Source: Rhizodiscina lignyota (lineage: Eukaryota). Taken from it: a DNA stretch of 64,000 nt. Both the position numbers and the translations under genes were made by a program. Location of the stretch: assembly GCA_010015805.1 (NCBI GenBank), contig ML978129.1, positions 1,178,001 through 1,242,000 on the forward strand, read 5' to 3'. The notes beneath the pieces are model-generated. The model searched no databases, was not told the origin of the DNA, and was given only the letters and a program-made list of their open reading frames with translations. This document shows, piece after piece, positions 1-13,209 of this stretch (its first letter is position 1; each line of letters opens with the position of its first letter).

Positions 1-266
1 ACGCCAACAATTCCTCCCTTTATCGCTTTCCGTAATGCCAATTCATTGTCGGTGTTGGTCACGGCCCAGTCCGCCAAGGATCGCGCAGAGCCAGCAATTA
101 GAAGATCATGGCGGTACCAAAAATCCGGGCGAAGTTTCGCTTTGCTGCTCGCACAGGTTTTGTAGAATGCGCGAGATGTTCGGAGAAGAGAGTACAGATC
201 CTTGAGGGAGTAGAGGTAGTCTGGAAGAAGAGTAATGATATCCACGGGAAGTTCGTCGAGCCTCAT
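1..266 (-). CDS. F-box-like domain protein, 5' part (runs off window start)
   Basis: Manual translation from ATG at 266: MRLDELPVDIITLLPDYLYSLKDLYSLLRTSRAFYKTC...HDLLIAGSARSLADWAV..., open to position 1. The L-x-x-L-P-x-D-I-I...L-x-x-L-x-x-T-S-R pattern is F-box-like. Not in the ORF track because the stop lies outside the window. Confidence 0.7.
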   Translation of the reverse strand, partial: MRLDELPVDIITLLPDYLYSLKDLYSLLRTSRAFYKTCASSKAKLRPDFWYRHDLLIAGSARSLADWAVTNTDNELALRKAIKGGIVG

Positions 267-845
267 GATGGGTAGTATGAGTTATTTTTTCACGAGTTCG
301 TCTTGCTTTGCGCTGGGGATGAAGAGTATGTGAAGCAGAGTAGAGTTGAAGTAGAGTAGAGCTAAAGTAGCGTAAAGTAGCGTAAAGCAGAAACACAGTG
401 AAGTGGAGATGGAGTAGAACAAACATTGCGACTCAGTGGCCTTGCAGACCATACAGGGTCGGTATCAATCGCACCCGACTTATAGTCCGCTTCATTCAGC
501 GGTTCGTGCGAAGAGGCTGGTGGAGAAACCTGGCAATCGAAGGCCTCAAGGACTGATCTCAGGCTCAAAGAGATCGGAGGAAGTGAATGAATTGGACTAG
601 CAACGACACGACGGTTTCATACGAGTGACAGTTGCTAGTTGTTGGAAGTAGTTGTGGTCAGTTGGTGGCCAATTGTCGGAGCACACAAGTAGATTGATCA
701 AGGAAAGAAGTCTACGAGGAGAAAGAAAAGCTGAAATACGCTGTGCGGTGCTGACGTCGGTGGCGCCGCACCTAACACCTCCCAACACAAACAACACTGA
801 AGCGCTGCAGGTCTCTACGGTCGGCTGCCAAAGACGAAATCTGGT

Positions 846-1267
846 GATAATTCCAGAGTCGTTTGGGAATCTTGCGTAGGTAGTGGTTTATTCTGAGAAT
901 AGCTAGCGTATTTTGAAAACAGTTAAATTATAGGACTACTCCACAAATGCATTAGCTTCTTCTATTCATAGCCTTCGCCGAACTGCATCGTTTCTACCGT
1001 TGATTCAAGCAATCCCCCTGACCATATTCATGTATCGAGATGCCAAACAGTGGGTGTAGTGGCAGCATGAACCAAAAGATCGCAACTTTGTGTGCTTGCA
1101 ATGAGCCCGGCGGAGATGCGACCGCGTTTTGAGAAGGGAGGATTCTGGGACCCACAATCTGCTATCTCCTATCTTCACTGGAATCCTTCCGCAAGAGTTT
1201 TCTAACTCAGTATTTCTCTAGAGCCGCAGCGATCACTGTACCTTGACTCGGTAGAGAAGCCTTATCT
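846..1267 (+). promoter_or_regulatory. Cluster of HGATAR sites (candidate AreA/NIT-2 nitrogen regulation) upstream of the urea transporter
   Basis: TGATAA at 846, CTATCT at 1162 and 1169, TTATCT at 1262. Consistent with known nitrogen-catabolite control of DUR3/ureA-type genes, but the motifs are short. Confidence 0.35.
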
Positions 1268-1565
1268 CTGCTTCCTTGCCGGCGTTCGGCATCAGACTCC
1301 GAGACGTATCAAGAATCACCGAAGTCTCGCTTGCGACCTTGGATTGCGACTCAGAACTCAAGCAATACTTTCGGGATTATACGATTCTCAGTAATAAGGC
1401 CAAGCTTTCATCGCCGAACAAGCTTCGCATACAAGCTTCCTAGACCTCTCGCAGTATCAATCGGAGTTCTATTAAAATAGTCACTCCACGGCGTGATGGC
1501 AAGTATTCGGATGAAGGTTTCAATAGAGATTTCTTTCAAATTCCTCGTCATACTTGTCAGTTGCA

Positions 1566-3960
1566 ATGGGCAATCCTGCATTTGAACTCCTCACTCCTGG
1601 AGCAGGGTATGGCATCGTCATTGGTCTCGGAGTTGGATTCGCTTTTGTGATGGTGGCTTTGACTCTCGTTCAGAATCGATATGGAACCCATAATACGTTC
1701 AAGTCGACGGAAGAATTCAATGCAGCATCCAGATCTATCAAACCAGGAATGATCGCAGGTACGCCTTTCTCAGAGCCCCTTAAACTGTTCTAAGGCTAAG
1801 CGATACAGCGGGCATCGTCTCGAGCTGGACTCACGCATCGACACTTTTGACGTCTTGCACGTTGGCCTTCTCTTATGGAGTGTCCGGTGGCCTATGGTAC
1901 GGAGCGTTTGGGACGTTTCAGACACTCCTTTTCGCTGTGACCGCATTCAAGATTAAAGAACAGTCCAATAACGCCCATACATTTCCAGGTACGAATTGGC
2001 AGAGACAGTGTTAGACTGTTCTAATGGCGCGCTAGAAATCGTCCTCCAGAAACATGGCAGACATGCTCACAAGGTCTACACCTGCTTCGGAATCTTCACC
2101 AATCTAATCAATGGATCAGCCCTTTTGGCCGGTGGGTGCGGAGTGTGGAATGCTCTGACAGGGATGGATATTTGGGCATCTTACTGGATCCTCGTAGTTG
2201 TTGTCACTGGTAAGTAATTTATAGAATAGCAATATGTTGCTAACGGCCTCTAAGCATACATTGTCGTTGGCGGTCTTCGGTCGACTTTCATCTGCGACTA
2301 CCTGCATACCATCTTCCTCTTCATCTGCATCTTCATATTCATGTTCCAAGTTTATGCAGTAAATCCTGCAATCGGCTCGCCGCGCAAGCTCTACGAATTA
2401 CTTCGGCACAAGACGGCAGATTCATACAACGGATCTTTCATGACCGTGAAGTCAAGGGATGGACTCGTCAATGGAATCGATATCTGGCTAGGTGAGCGAG
2501 CGAATCTGCAACCCAGCTTTGGAGACCGCTCTAACTTTTGGTGTCAGCTGGTTTCAGCGCCGTATGGACAGACCAAGCGTATTGGCAGCGTGCCATCGCA
2601 TCGCAGCCTGCTACTGCCGTAAAAGGCTATCTTCTTGGCTCTTTCGCGTGGTATGCTATCCCATTTGGTACGTAGCATACAACGGCGCAGAGATTCTGCA
2701 GAGTTACTTATCTTTATTAGCTATGAGCACCACGTTGGGTCTTGCCGCTGCGGCGATGCAGGATACAGTCGTTTTCCCGTACAAACTAACTACTGCCGAC
2801 ATCAACAACGGACTGGACGGACCTGCAGCAGCGATTGCGCTCATGGGAAAGAGCGGAGCAGCTTTGATGGTCGTTCTTCTATTCATGGCTGTGACGTCGT
2901 CTACCTCCGCAGAGAGCATTGCTTGCTCGTCCTTGATTACCTTTGACGTATACAAGGCGTACATCAATCCACTTGCGAGCACAAGGCGTCTTCTCTGGGT
3001 GTCGATTCTCGGTCTGGCTATCTACGGATGCCTACTGGCTTCGATATCTTGCGTCTTTCATTCTGTCGGGATTTCCCTCAACTGGCTTATTAAGATATTA
3101 GTATGCTTGCACTCCTCTTATCAAACTCTCCGGTTGGAAAACTGACAGCGTAGTAGGGCTGTCTCCTTGGCGGTGGTTCCATCCCGATGGCTTGCATCCT
3201 ACTTTGGAAGAAGACGTCTACGGTCGCTGCTGTATGCTCGCCAATCATTGGTCTTACCTCAGGGCTGATTGGATGGATGGTGACAACCCATGTTCGCTCC
3301 GGCTCAATCAGTATAACCACCACAGGAGACGCCACGAACTCTCTTGCTGGCGACTGTATCAGTCTGGGAATGGGCGGCTGTGCGGTTGTTGTGCTTTCGA
3401 TTCTCTTTCCGAGTCGAACGAAGGAAGTTATTGTGACCGAACTCGATGATTTGACTCCGCAGAATTTAGCAACATCTGGCTCCGAAAAGCATGCAGAAGT
3501 CAAAGATACTAAGGCCCTAGACCAGGAGATGGCGGCAACCGAGCCGCATGTACATGTGGTCGAAGAGAATGTAGAGGCGGAAGAACTGAAGCCGATACTG
3601 GAAGAGCCGTATGTGCCACAGAATGCCCTTACTCCAGAGCAAGTCAAATCGCAGAAGAGACTGGCATTGGTATCAATCTTCGTCGGTACCATGGTATTCT
3701 GCGTTGTAAGTCAATACACCACCTCTTCTGATCTGTCCGCTAACTCAGTAAAGATTCTGCCATTCACTTTATATGGCACCGGCTATACATTCTCCGTTGG
3801 CTTCTTCTATGGATACGTCATCGTTGCATTCATATGGGTTTGGGCCAGCTTTATAATATGCGCCTTGATGCCGTTGTGGGAAAGCCGAAAGGAGATATGG
3901 TATATCTTGGGCGCCATGGTTCGCGATGTTACGGGGCAGAAGATGCATTTTGCGGAGTAG
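1566..3960 (+). CDS. DUR3: Urea/polyamine active transporter, sodium:solute symporter family (DUR3/UreA-like), about 8 exons
   Basis: Motifs GAGYGIVIGLG, EEFNAASRSIKPGMIA, IVSSWT, GGLRSTFICDYLHT, LFMAVTSSTSAESIACSSLITFDVYKAYINP, ILPFTLYGTGYTFS and PLWESR are joined by GT..CTAAC/CTGAC..AG introns. Confidence 0.92.
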
Positions 3961-4297
3961 ATGTCTCCGAGGCAGATACTTTGGCATCACTCCGAACCAT
4001 TGGGGATATCTGGAGATTCCTCTGAATAGCTAGATGTTTTGCTGCGTTCGACTTTGGGATTTCTTCATACCAGCAAACTACCCTCACAAATCCATCTTCA
4101 GAGTCAGATAGTTCTCGCATATAAGTGCTTCTGTGTGATAGAAGTCAGTTTGTCGCAACGGCAACTGGCCTCTAATATCGGTTCAAGATCGAAAAGATCA
4201 GGCCTATCTGGAAAGCCCCCATGTCTCACATAGAGCATTCAAGCCAAGTAAATTTGATCTGATGATATGCTGCTTCCTCAGCCTTTTCTTTCCCCCT

Positions 4298-4810
4298 TCA
4301 TTTCTTTCCGTCATCGAAGAGATCCGGTACGCGCTTCAGCATCTCCGTCAGCTCCCCATCAATGACACAGTACTCCCAGCCCGCCGTGCCGTCAGCTCTC
4401 TTCCGGAATCCGTAGAGGATATCGACGTCCCAAGGTTGAAAGCCACTCTTCTCTGAAGGGTGATACGTCCACTTCACAAAGCATGCTGCCGTTCCAACCC
4501 CTCGCTCCGCCTCACACACCACCTCTATCCGATGTGACTTCGGTCTCAAATCGAAACCGAGCCCTTTAGTAAAGTAGAGGCCGCTAACGTGGTTGAGCGT
4601 ATCTGCAACGTCTGTCGGGGTATCGAAGACGGTGAATTCCGGCATTCCGAAGAATACGGCCTTGGGGAGGTAGAAGGACGCAACGCCATCCGACAGCTTT
4701 CTTATTTTGCCATCTAGTTCTTCTTTTGGAGCGAATTTCAGCTCTTTGCCCGTGCTCACGGTGTCTTGATATGCCGAGAGATGCTTGGCCGCTGCCTCTG
4801 CGAGTGACAT
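4298..4810 (-). CDS. Intronless hypothetical protein, possibly NTF2/SnoaL-like fold (~170 aa)
   Basis: ATG at 4810 in good context (AAAATG), then MSLAEAAAKHLSAYQ...ASFYLPKAVFF...HRIEVV..AACFVKWTYHP...WDVDILYGFRK...GWEYCVIDGE. The helix-then-meander pattern suggests NTF2-like; the fold call is inference. Confidence 0.7.
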   Translation of the reverse strand: MSLAEAAAKHLSAYQDTVSTGKELKFAPKEELDGKIRKLSDGVASFYLPKAVFFGMPEFTVFDTPTDVADTLNHVSGLYFTKGLGFDLRPKSHRIEVVCEAERGVGTAACFVKWTYHPSEKSGFQPWDVDILYGFRKRADGTAGWEYCVIDGELTEMLKRVPDLFDDGKK

Positions 4811-5463
4811 TTTCGTTTTGAGGGGGAGAATAGAGAGGCTCGGAACATTTGAGGGCGATGACAATGATAAGTATCAGCTTCAGATATATGAAGACTGAAA
4901 AAGCTTATACCCACGTTTTCTGATACGCGTACCCTACCTATTAAAAAGACGCGCGATATGCTGACCCAACTTGGGTGGAGCGCCTGGAATAATAATCGCC
5001 TACCCTATTTCCCTTCTTGGCGGACCCAGGCCAAGACCTCAGTTCGTATCCGAGTCATCCTATAGTTGATTACGAATATCTCCACAGAAGGATGCTCCGG
5101 AGTCTCGCGCTGTTTTGTTGCCGGTCATCAATGACAAGGTGCGATGGAGCGAGGGTGAGTTTGTGGGAAGTGTTCGGACCAGCATACCGGGGAATATCTG
5201 ACTTTAGGCACGTAGCGCACTCAGGGTTAGGTGGGGTCCACCTAGAAGTTGGTTGGCTTATTCGTTGCCCTGAACCTAGCTCCTCGCAAGCTCGCGGGTT
5301 GATATTGTTATTGCTACGGAGTATAGCCATTCACATTTACCGGGAATCCAGAGTTGCAAGGCACTAAGAATAAATATCGTCATTTGTTTGTTTGTACTTT
5401 AGTACATACCTATGGGCGATCCTGAACAATCAGTTCTTAAATCTTACATATTGAGCTTCCACA

Positions 5464-6585
5464 CTAGCACATCTTTTTCAAGTCACGTTCCTTTCTCTGT
5501 GCCTTTTTTCCACCGATAGTATGGGACCCGTCAACGACATCTCCGCACAGTCCCCTCCGCCGACTTTCCACGAGCGCTCTGATCATACCCTCCGCCACTT
5601 CAACTCCGTTTGAGACGTCTCCCATTTTGTCGGTGTCAGGAACATGAAGGAACATGACACACTTCTTCGGCCATTTCGTAGAGGTTCTCTCACCATCTTG
5701 CACGTGAACATTTGAGGTCTCCCCGTCTGCTCTTACAGGGCCTCCCTCTCCAAGCACACCCTCTTCCTGCTCCGACTTTCGATTCGCTTTCCAAAGCGTA
5801 GACAAACTCGCATAGTAGATGAAACCGCACAAGAAATTCCCCGGATCGGTGCTCGGGCGCAAATCCAAGTGGCCGCGAACGTCACCCCTCCACCGGCGCC
5901 ACACATCGTCGACATCCCATCCAGGCTGCAGAACCGGCGGGCACTCTCCCCATATTTCCTCGTTCTCCTCTTTGGAAAAAGTCATTCCCTCTACGTCTTT
6001 GAGCCTGTCGTAGCCGTCGCGGTATGCGGTTGTTTCGAGCGTGTAGTACGTCCGACCGGAGGCCATGCCGATATGCAGGATGATGTCTGGTGACGGATCT
6101 GAATACTCGTCTGATAATAGCGTGGGAACAGCCGCGATGACAGGGTGATAGGCGACCTTGAGATACTGATTGGGTACGACGAGGCGTATCGGCGTTGGAC
6201 ATGTCGGAGTTGGGTCGAGGCGAGCCGGGAGCGAAGACGCAATGGACCAGGACGAGTTCACTGGGAATTGGTCTAGAAAGGGCTGTGAAATAGAATTAGA
6301 CTTCTCCCAGTAAATCGCCCGATATCTTTTGTTCTTAAGAAGAGTAGCATATGAATGCACGTGATAACAATCGGACGCCTGCAACCTGACATTGTGTACC
6401 ACGCGAGGAAGGAGACATTAAACGGGAAAGGAGCACTTCATTTCATCTTGCAGGAAAGATAGAGGAGAATTTCTTACGCCATATCCAGTCACAAGAACCG
6501 TGACTTCGTCAATGGAAGGAGCTGCCCAGTCTGCCCCCCCTCCGCTCCCATCAAGGTCGGTGTGAACATCGGCGACCCGCGCCAT
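5464..6585 (-). CDS. Pyroglutamyl-peptidase I family (peptidase C15), 2 exons
   Basis: Exon 1 MARVADVH...VTVLVTGYG, intron 6477-6283, then PFLDQFPVNSSW, IILHIGMA, LETTAYRDGY, DPGNFLCGFIYYASL and FLHVP (Glu/Cys/His catalytic motifs of C15). Confidence 0.9.
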
Positions 6586-7079
6586 CGTTAAGTCAAGGAT
6601 TATGCGCAGGTCGCTACATCTCAGCTAAAGTCAGCGAGACCTTTATAGAGATAAAGAAAGGCAGGCTGAGCTGGTCGCATGATCGTAATTCGATCCTCGG
6701 GTAACTCGATTGCTCATGACAGGAGCGTCTTGACACTAACCTTGTGATGTCCAAGTCGTCGTCATTGATACTATTGTATGGACTGAGGGCGGACGCTTTG
6801 TTTCGCATTGACGGAGGGAGTTCCAATAAATATTTTCTTGTAATAGCTATGTACTGGAAAGATATGGGATTCTTGTGAAAAACCGGAATTGGCTGAGTTT
6901 ACGTCAGAGAAAACGGCGTTCATACCGCCCCTCATTATATCGAGATTAAGATGGTGCATCTCGACCCCTATGCTAGAAATATTATGCTAGAAATATGTAC
7001 GTCCTCACATCGAAACCTTTTTACATGCCGTAAACATCGTCAAGACATTGAACTCCGTGATCGTCCCAATGCATGTAAT

Positions 7080-7646
7080 TTAAATCGTCAATCGTGCAAA
7101 ATCATCACTTAGCAGAGCACCCAATCTCCGCAATAACGCCCGGGGACCAGACTCCCGTTCCTCTGCACCAGCATTGAGCCTCCGCCTTTTAAATGCACCC
7201 TTGGACGCCTCTCTATCCTGTCGGTCGACGTATCGACACCGTCGCTTGTTGTGCTCGCCGTACAGAACTAGCAGATCTAGGTACAGCTTCTTCGTCTGAT
7301 CGTCGCTGTAGAGCTCGATGTCTTCCAGGCTATCGACGTTTTTCCATCGCTGATTCCCGTAATAGCCCTTCATCTGCTGAAGTAGTTGCTGCCTCATCTC
7401 CAGCCGATCTTGTTCGCAGGACCATTTTTCCATGGCGGTGTCGTAGAGGTACTCATCCCACGAGGAGTTGCGACGGTTGCACTCCAATTGTGCAATGTTC
7501 TCGGTCGATGTATTGATGAGGTCGAAAGTGTCGGGTATGAGGAAGGAGGTGCTGCGACCCGTAATACCGCTTTTACCGGTAGATGCCGATGAAGATGTCG
7601 AGGAGGAGGCGGAGGAGGATGAGGAAGGAGGGTCGCGGGGTCGCAT
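7080..7646 (-). CDS. Hypothetical protein (188 aa), Ser-rich N-terminus
   Basis: ATG-initiated intronless ORF with protein-like composition; no recognisable motif. Confidence 0.5.
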   Translation of the reverse strand: MRPRDPPSSSSSASSSTSSSASTGKSGITGRSTSFLIPDTFDLINTSTENIAQLECNRRNSSWDEYLYDTAMEKWSCEQDRLEMRQQLLQQMKGYYGNQRWKNVDSLEDIELYSDDQTKKLYLDLLVLYGEHNKRRCRYVDRQDREASKGAFKRRRLNAGAEERESGPRALLRRLGALLSDDFARLTI

Positions 7647-8795
7647 TGTGAGAATGTGGAAGGGTTCGCGAACAGACGTTGGAAGCAGTCTGCAATGCCT
7701 CTGCGACGGGTTGAACTCTGCTCATAGGAAGTCAATTGAGGGTCTGAGGAAGGTCGACTTGATAGCTTTTAGCCTGAAAGGTAGCTGACCTCGTGGACCT
7801 CGCTTTTCTTCCGGATCCTGCGAAGCTGAGATGAGGTTCGATGCCTAACCCGCCGCTGCAATGGCGGAGAGTTGTCCTTCCTAAAATTCGGCGTGGCACC
7901 CTTTCCCAGGCGAAGATGAAATAGGACGAAAAGCTCCGAGAAAGGCAAAGATGTATCACTCCACAACTACGGTGCGCTGAAACGTCTTCGTCGTCACCTC
8001 ACCGCTACTCCTGCCGCCCACCAGCGTTGATTGTGTTGTCTCTTGTTCTTGGGCTTCTTCATAAGACGATGATTGACCCCTTGACTGACTCGCCGAAACA
8101 AAGGATATATGTATAGTGAGATGATGAGAAATGCTGGGTGGCCATTTTGAATTGCCATGAGACCCATGACCTGAGCTGTGCCGATGCGTCCGCGTCCGAA
8201 GTGTTGGGACACTTCGGGCTTTCTCGGGGCGCGAAGCAGGGGAGGCTTTTACGAGGCGAAGGTTCGCGCAGGCCGTATTGTTTGTCACTATGTACGGAAT
8301 ACCCATTAAGCTTTAGTTTCTCTAGTGGTTTTTACCATACGCCCTTCGGCAAACGTTTGCCGCTGGCAGTGAGCTCCCAATCTGCATGGAAATCGAGTTG
8401 GAATTGAACAAGGAGCGAAAGGCGTGAGAAGCGAGAGATAGAACACTCAAAATGACTGGATGACGTGGAAGTAGTTACTAGGTATTTGAAGGTCCGAACT
8501 CTAAGAGGTGGGAAATGGCGGTAAATCCAAAACCATATATTACGGACTAGTAAGGCTAGTGGGATACTTAGTTAAGTTCTTGCATCGATGTGGCGTGTGG
8601 CTGTCGGATGGCGCCGCAGACGGGCCGATCGACGGCTGCATGTCCGTGCAACCGCACTAGCGGGGTTTTGGGACTATAATGGTATTTGTGTAGGTACATC
8701 ACCACAGCACAATCTCTCCTTCAACTCTCAAGAGTACGTACTCTTAACAAAACCAAGCATAGCTACGATCAGTGAAAGCGGCGTGTACAATATGG

Positions 8796-10899
8796 TCAAT
8801 GGCCCTTCTCTTCGTTTGTCTCATCCGCCTTCTCCGACTCCGCATCAACATGCTCCACCTGCCTCGTCGACTCGTTGCCCTTCGTTCTCGGAGCACCGTT
8901 GACAGAACCAACAACAGAGCTGCGCCTACGCTGCGCCTCCGCGAACTCCTCCGTATCCTCGTAGCGGACGAGGAGCTCTCCCTTCTTGCCATAACGGTGC
9001 GGCATCTCGTGGGCGACCTTGACGACGTTGAAGATGTTTGTGGTGTGATGGAAGATCTCGTCCATCTCTTCAAGGGAGCGACCCGCTGTCTCTGGCTGTG
9101 CAACATGTCAGCGAGCTAAACAGAGAGTCGTACGGGAATGACTTACATAGAAGAAGTATACACAGGGTATCATGAAAGCATTGATGACGGCGAATATTAT
9201 GTAAGTCTGATAACCTATGCTTGCGAAAGCAACAGGTGTGACCTGCAAAGTTCAGTCTCTAGCTCCTCCCGGTTCAGCTCTCTGTTACTGACCATGACAA
9301 CCATGAAGTTGAAGATCCAGTTTGCCGTTGTACTAATTGCGTTCGCAGGTGCTCGGATATCAAGCGGAGTGATCTCGGCGGGATACAGCCTTTCCTCTCT
9401 GTCAACATCGGCATTCAGAATTCTTGCCTCAAGAGACACTCACCAAGTCATTCCCAGCCATCCCACGGCGAAGAAGCTGTTGAAGACGAACAAGAAGACC
9501 GCTGCGGCGATACCTTTGGCCTTCGAGGGGGTCGCGGTTGTTCCGGCAAGCACGGCCATTGACATGGCCTGGCCAGCAGCTCCGAACAGCATGAGCTTGC
9601 GCCGTCCGAATTTTTCAATTGTGAAGATGGCGATCATGCCGGCCAGAAAATACTCTGTACCATTAAGAGCTGCTAGCAGTCGCGACGTGAAGGCTGGCAT
9701 GCCAATGTTGTTTTGGAAAATTGTTGCGGCATAGTAGGTTATGATCTAGATTCTTAAGGTTAGATTTCTATTGATTAATTGGCTCTCAATTCTTGGTATT
9801 ACATTAATTCCGGATATCTAATGGTTGACGAGATTAGTTAAATGCATGCTTGACTGGATGAGTATTATGTTAGCTTACCTGCTGGAACATCTGGTTGACA
9901 TAACCAAGTGCAGTTCGATGGAAGTTACGGTTGCGGTTCATCTTGAAGCAGTCGCTGAAGGTTCCCGAAGCTACCTCAAGTGTCGTATCTTTGATGGCTT
10001 CAAATTCGTTGACGACTCTCTCGTCATCACTGAAATAAAGTGAGTAAACGACATGCTATATTTCTAAAACCACGTACGGAGGTAGATCACTCAAAGCGCA
10101 AAGCACATCTAACGCCTCGTCTTCTCTGCCTTTGAAAATTAGCCATCTTGGCGATTCGGGCAGGCCTGGAATAAAGATGAGGATGATGAGCGCCAGCACG
10201 ATCTGGAAGGCAATCGGGAAACGCCATGCGACGGTGCTGGGTTCCGCAAATGAGAGGCCGAGATCGATCCAGTAGCTGATCATGACGCCGAAGACGATGA
10301 TGGCACCCTCAATCATAACCATCTGACCGCGACGGTGAGACTTTGAGGTCTCTGATTGCCACATTGGCACGGTGGATGTATTCATTCCTGATTCTGTCAG
10401 TCCTCTTACTTAGTTTCATCATCAAAAGGTAAAAAGTCCGTACCGTTTCCAAATCCAGTGATCAAGCGCGCGGGGATGAGCTGGCCCAGCCCAAAAGATG
10501 ACGCCTGTAGTACTGCGCCTATGACCATGATCGAAGAGCCAATAAAGATCGTGCGCTTGCGTCCCAGATAGTTGCCCAGCCATATCGTAGCGACTGCGCC
10601 GAAGAAGCAGCCGAGCGTGTAGCCTCCGACGGTAATACCCTGAACATTTGACGCTCGGGAAGCCGACCATCCAGCAGGCGGTTTCTGCACATCGATCTCG
10701 GGGAAGTGTTGAAGAAATGATGGCAGCGTCAGCAAGCCGCCCATAACTCCCTGATCATATCTGCAAGCTTTTAGCTGGGTCCGGGGGTTTATCTTGCGAG
10801 CTCATAAGGGCCTTACCCGAATAGTGCGAAATCAGTGCCTGCGATCAAGGCAATGGCAACATTGAGCTTCAGCCCTCGAAGGCCGTAATATTTCCCCAT
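8796..10899 (-). CDS. STL1: MFS sugar porter, STL1-like glycerol/H+ symporter, multi-exon
   Basis: MGKYYGLRGLKLNVAIALIAGTDFALFG|YDQGVMGGLLTL, GRKRTIF, GMNTSTVPMWQSE, WRFPIAFQ, PESPRWL, QQ|ISGIN|, GRRKLML, YPAEITPLDIRA. A 15-nt microexon at 9803-9817 encodes ISGIN. Confidence 0.9.
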
Positions 10900-11158
10900 T
10901 GATTTCATTATGAAAGTTCATCTACTTATTTTAATTTGCGACTGATGAGGGATTTGAGTCGATTCTACAGACGTGAGACGGCCAAGGAAGACCCTCTCAA
11001 CGACTTCATATGAAATGCAGCGCACAAGACTTGAATCATGAGAAAACAGCGAAGGAAGGTCTTTATGAATCGGATAACAGGCACGCACTTTCGCTAGCCC
11101 ATGTAAATCCATGTTGATTTGCGCTGATACAGCGTTCGCCGAGTTGTGCGGAGCATCT

Positions 11159-11172
11159 GTGGGGATGTGGGG
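11159..11172. promoter_or_regulatory. Tandem SYGGRG sites (candidate CreA/Mig1 glucose repression) upstream of the sugar transporter
   Basis: GTGGGGATGTGGGG lies ~260 bp upstream of the STL1-like ATG. Confidence 0.35.
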
Positions 11173-11577
11173 ATCGTGTACTGCTTCAGGATAAACGTGT
11201 GGCGCTTTTCTTCCCGAATGCAACATGACGTCGCATGAGCGGCAGAGCATTCAACTGACACAGCAAAATTAACCTACAAGATTAGTTTTCATCCTATCAG
11301 CTTCGCCAAATTGAGCAAGTCCAGTCAGTTTCAGAGAAGAGCGTAATCTATGACCGAAGAGGCGGTTTTTGGGCCGACGATCGGTCACAATACCACAAGT
11401 CAACGTTATGTCGCGTGTGTAGGCATCAAGATCGCCGTCCATGCGGTGCGCTTCCTCGACAGCGGAAATAAAAGTCCTTTGCTCGTAATACGGAGTCCTC
11501 TCCGTAGCAACAGGTCCGAAGTTTTTGCTGCGCAACCTTTGTCTGTGGAACAGAAACAATTCGAGTACTCCGTCTCT

Positions 11578-12714
11578 TCAAAGATCTGTACGCACATCGC
11601 CCACAACAACTCTGTGGTCGCTCAGATATATCCCATCGTCAAAGACGCTTGGCAGGACTGCATATCCATCTACTTGCCATGGCGACCCAGTTTTGGGTTT
11701 AATCATTTGGGTCTTTTTGCCTTCTTTGGCTTCCAGGCCGTCGGAAGTCGTCTGAGGACCAAGCCAGATGAAATCTATTCGGCCCTGCTCTCCCTTGTAT
11801 TTTCCAGGTTCAAACCCTGTGAATGTGGCATTCTCTCCGTACCGATATTGTGAAGGGATTGCACTATGCAGGTCTATCATGCAGCCACTTCTCTTCATCT
11901 CGAGGTAAGCTTCATCCGTCGGAAGAGAATTAAAGTCTCCTGTCAAGAAGATCGGCAGCTTTCCGCGGGGGCTTAGCCACTCATGGATTCTCCTCAGCGT
12001 CTCGAGGATGATTCGAACACTTTCCTTGCGACTCTTTGCTGCTGCGTTATCGAGGTGAGTGTTTGCAGCTAGAACCCGCTGTCTCGTTCGTCTATGCTCA
12101 AAAACTGCCAATGTAAGGATACGGATGCTTCCAGCATCCCACCCTTTGCTGGGTCGATCAGGTGTAGGACTGAGCCATACAGTCTCGTTATGAAGCAGCC
12201 GGAATGTTTGAATGGGATAGAGAATTGGACTGTACTCTCCTCGCTCTTTACCGTCATCCCTCCCGACACCGACATAAGACCAAATAGTATTGGCTTGTTC
12301 ACTCAGAGCGTCGCCATCTGCTCTAACATAGTTCAGGCCGGCGAGGATATCGTTGAGCTGACTGTGCAAGACTTCCTGCAAGCAAATGAATGCGTTTGTA
12401 GATGTCGTCGGAATTGCCGAGGAGCTTGGCGGTCCACTGAGGTATCGCACTTCATGCCGCAACTGGTTGAGAACTCGAGGAGCACGTTCAATCCAGAGTC
12501 TCTCGTTGGGAAACGGATCTGATGTCGCATACCGAATATTGTGGGTGACGATTCGGAGTTGGAGATTCGGGGTCGACGAAGCAGTGCTGGGCCATGTCAA
12601 GGCCGGAAACGAACCCCGTAGCTGTGTCTTGAGATAACTCACTGGTGGTGGGGAGAGGGACAGAATAAAGTGCGAACAGAGGGCAATAGATATTAAATGG
12701 AAAAGTGGGTTCAT
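11578..12714 (-). CDS. Secreted endonuclease/exonuclease/phosphatase (EEP) family protein
   Basis: Signal-peptide-like N-terminus; motifs THNIRY, ICLQE, GVGRDDG..GEYSPI, NTHLD, TGDFNS, RIDFIW and SDHRVV. Confidence 0.9.
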   Translation of the reverse strand: MNPLFHLISIALCSHFILSLSPPPVSYLKTQLRGSFPALTWPSTASSTPNLQLRIVTHNIRYATSDPFPNERLWIERAPRVLNQLRHEVRYLSGPPSSSAIPTTSTNAFICLQEVLHSQLNDILAGLNYVRADGDALSEQANTIWSYVGVGRDDGKERGEYSPILYPIQTFRLLHNETVWLSPTPDRPSKGWDAGSIRILTLAVFEHRRTRQRVLAANTHLDNAAAKSRKESVRIILETLRRIHEWLSPRGKLPIFLTGDFNSLPTDEAYLEMKRSGCMIDLHSAIPSQYRYGENATFTGFEPGKYKGEQGRIDFIWLGPQTTSDGLEAKEGKKTQMIKPKTGSPWQVDGYAVLPSVFDDGIYLSDHRVVVGDVRTDL

Positions 12715-13209
12715 TGCGCTTGAGGACGGCAGAGGTTTGTCGTACCGCGAACATATGGGGCCTTATTTGCACTGCCGCTACAAATCTGAGCGAGTAGTTG
12801 GAGAAGATCTCATGGATGCCTGAGGAGTTACACTTGCACACTCAATGTACATTTACAGAGTCCTCGGAGTACATAGACTCGATGAGGTTTAGAAATAAGA
12901 CAGATCTCTTTTCAGCAAGTCCATGCGTACTGCGTACTAGTCCCATTCGGCAAGAAGGGGCTCCACTTTATCGTCCAACGTTGGCCTTGCTCAAATTCTC
13001 ACGGCATGGCACTGTTACAACTATTGATAATCCCTTTTGAATCCAAACCAAGTTACAGAGTCGCAAACTCGATACCAGAACAAAAAATACCCTGGAGCAC
13101 ATGAAGATGAGCATCCGAGCGGAGTTGGTGGGGCCTGCCGCCTCATGTGGTAGGGAGGTCAATCAAGTCCACCAACTCGCAACAGTGACTTACGAGTCAC
13201 TGATAATAT

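Noticed and set aside
364..388. 10-bp tandem repeat AAAGTAGCGT (and a 14-bp duplication near 6969-6996)
   Set aside because: Simple slippage duplications with no evident function; not CRISPR-like.
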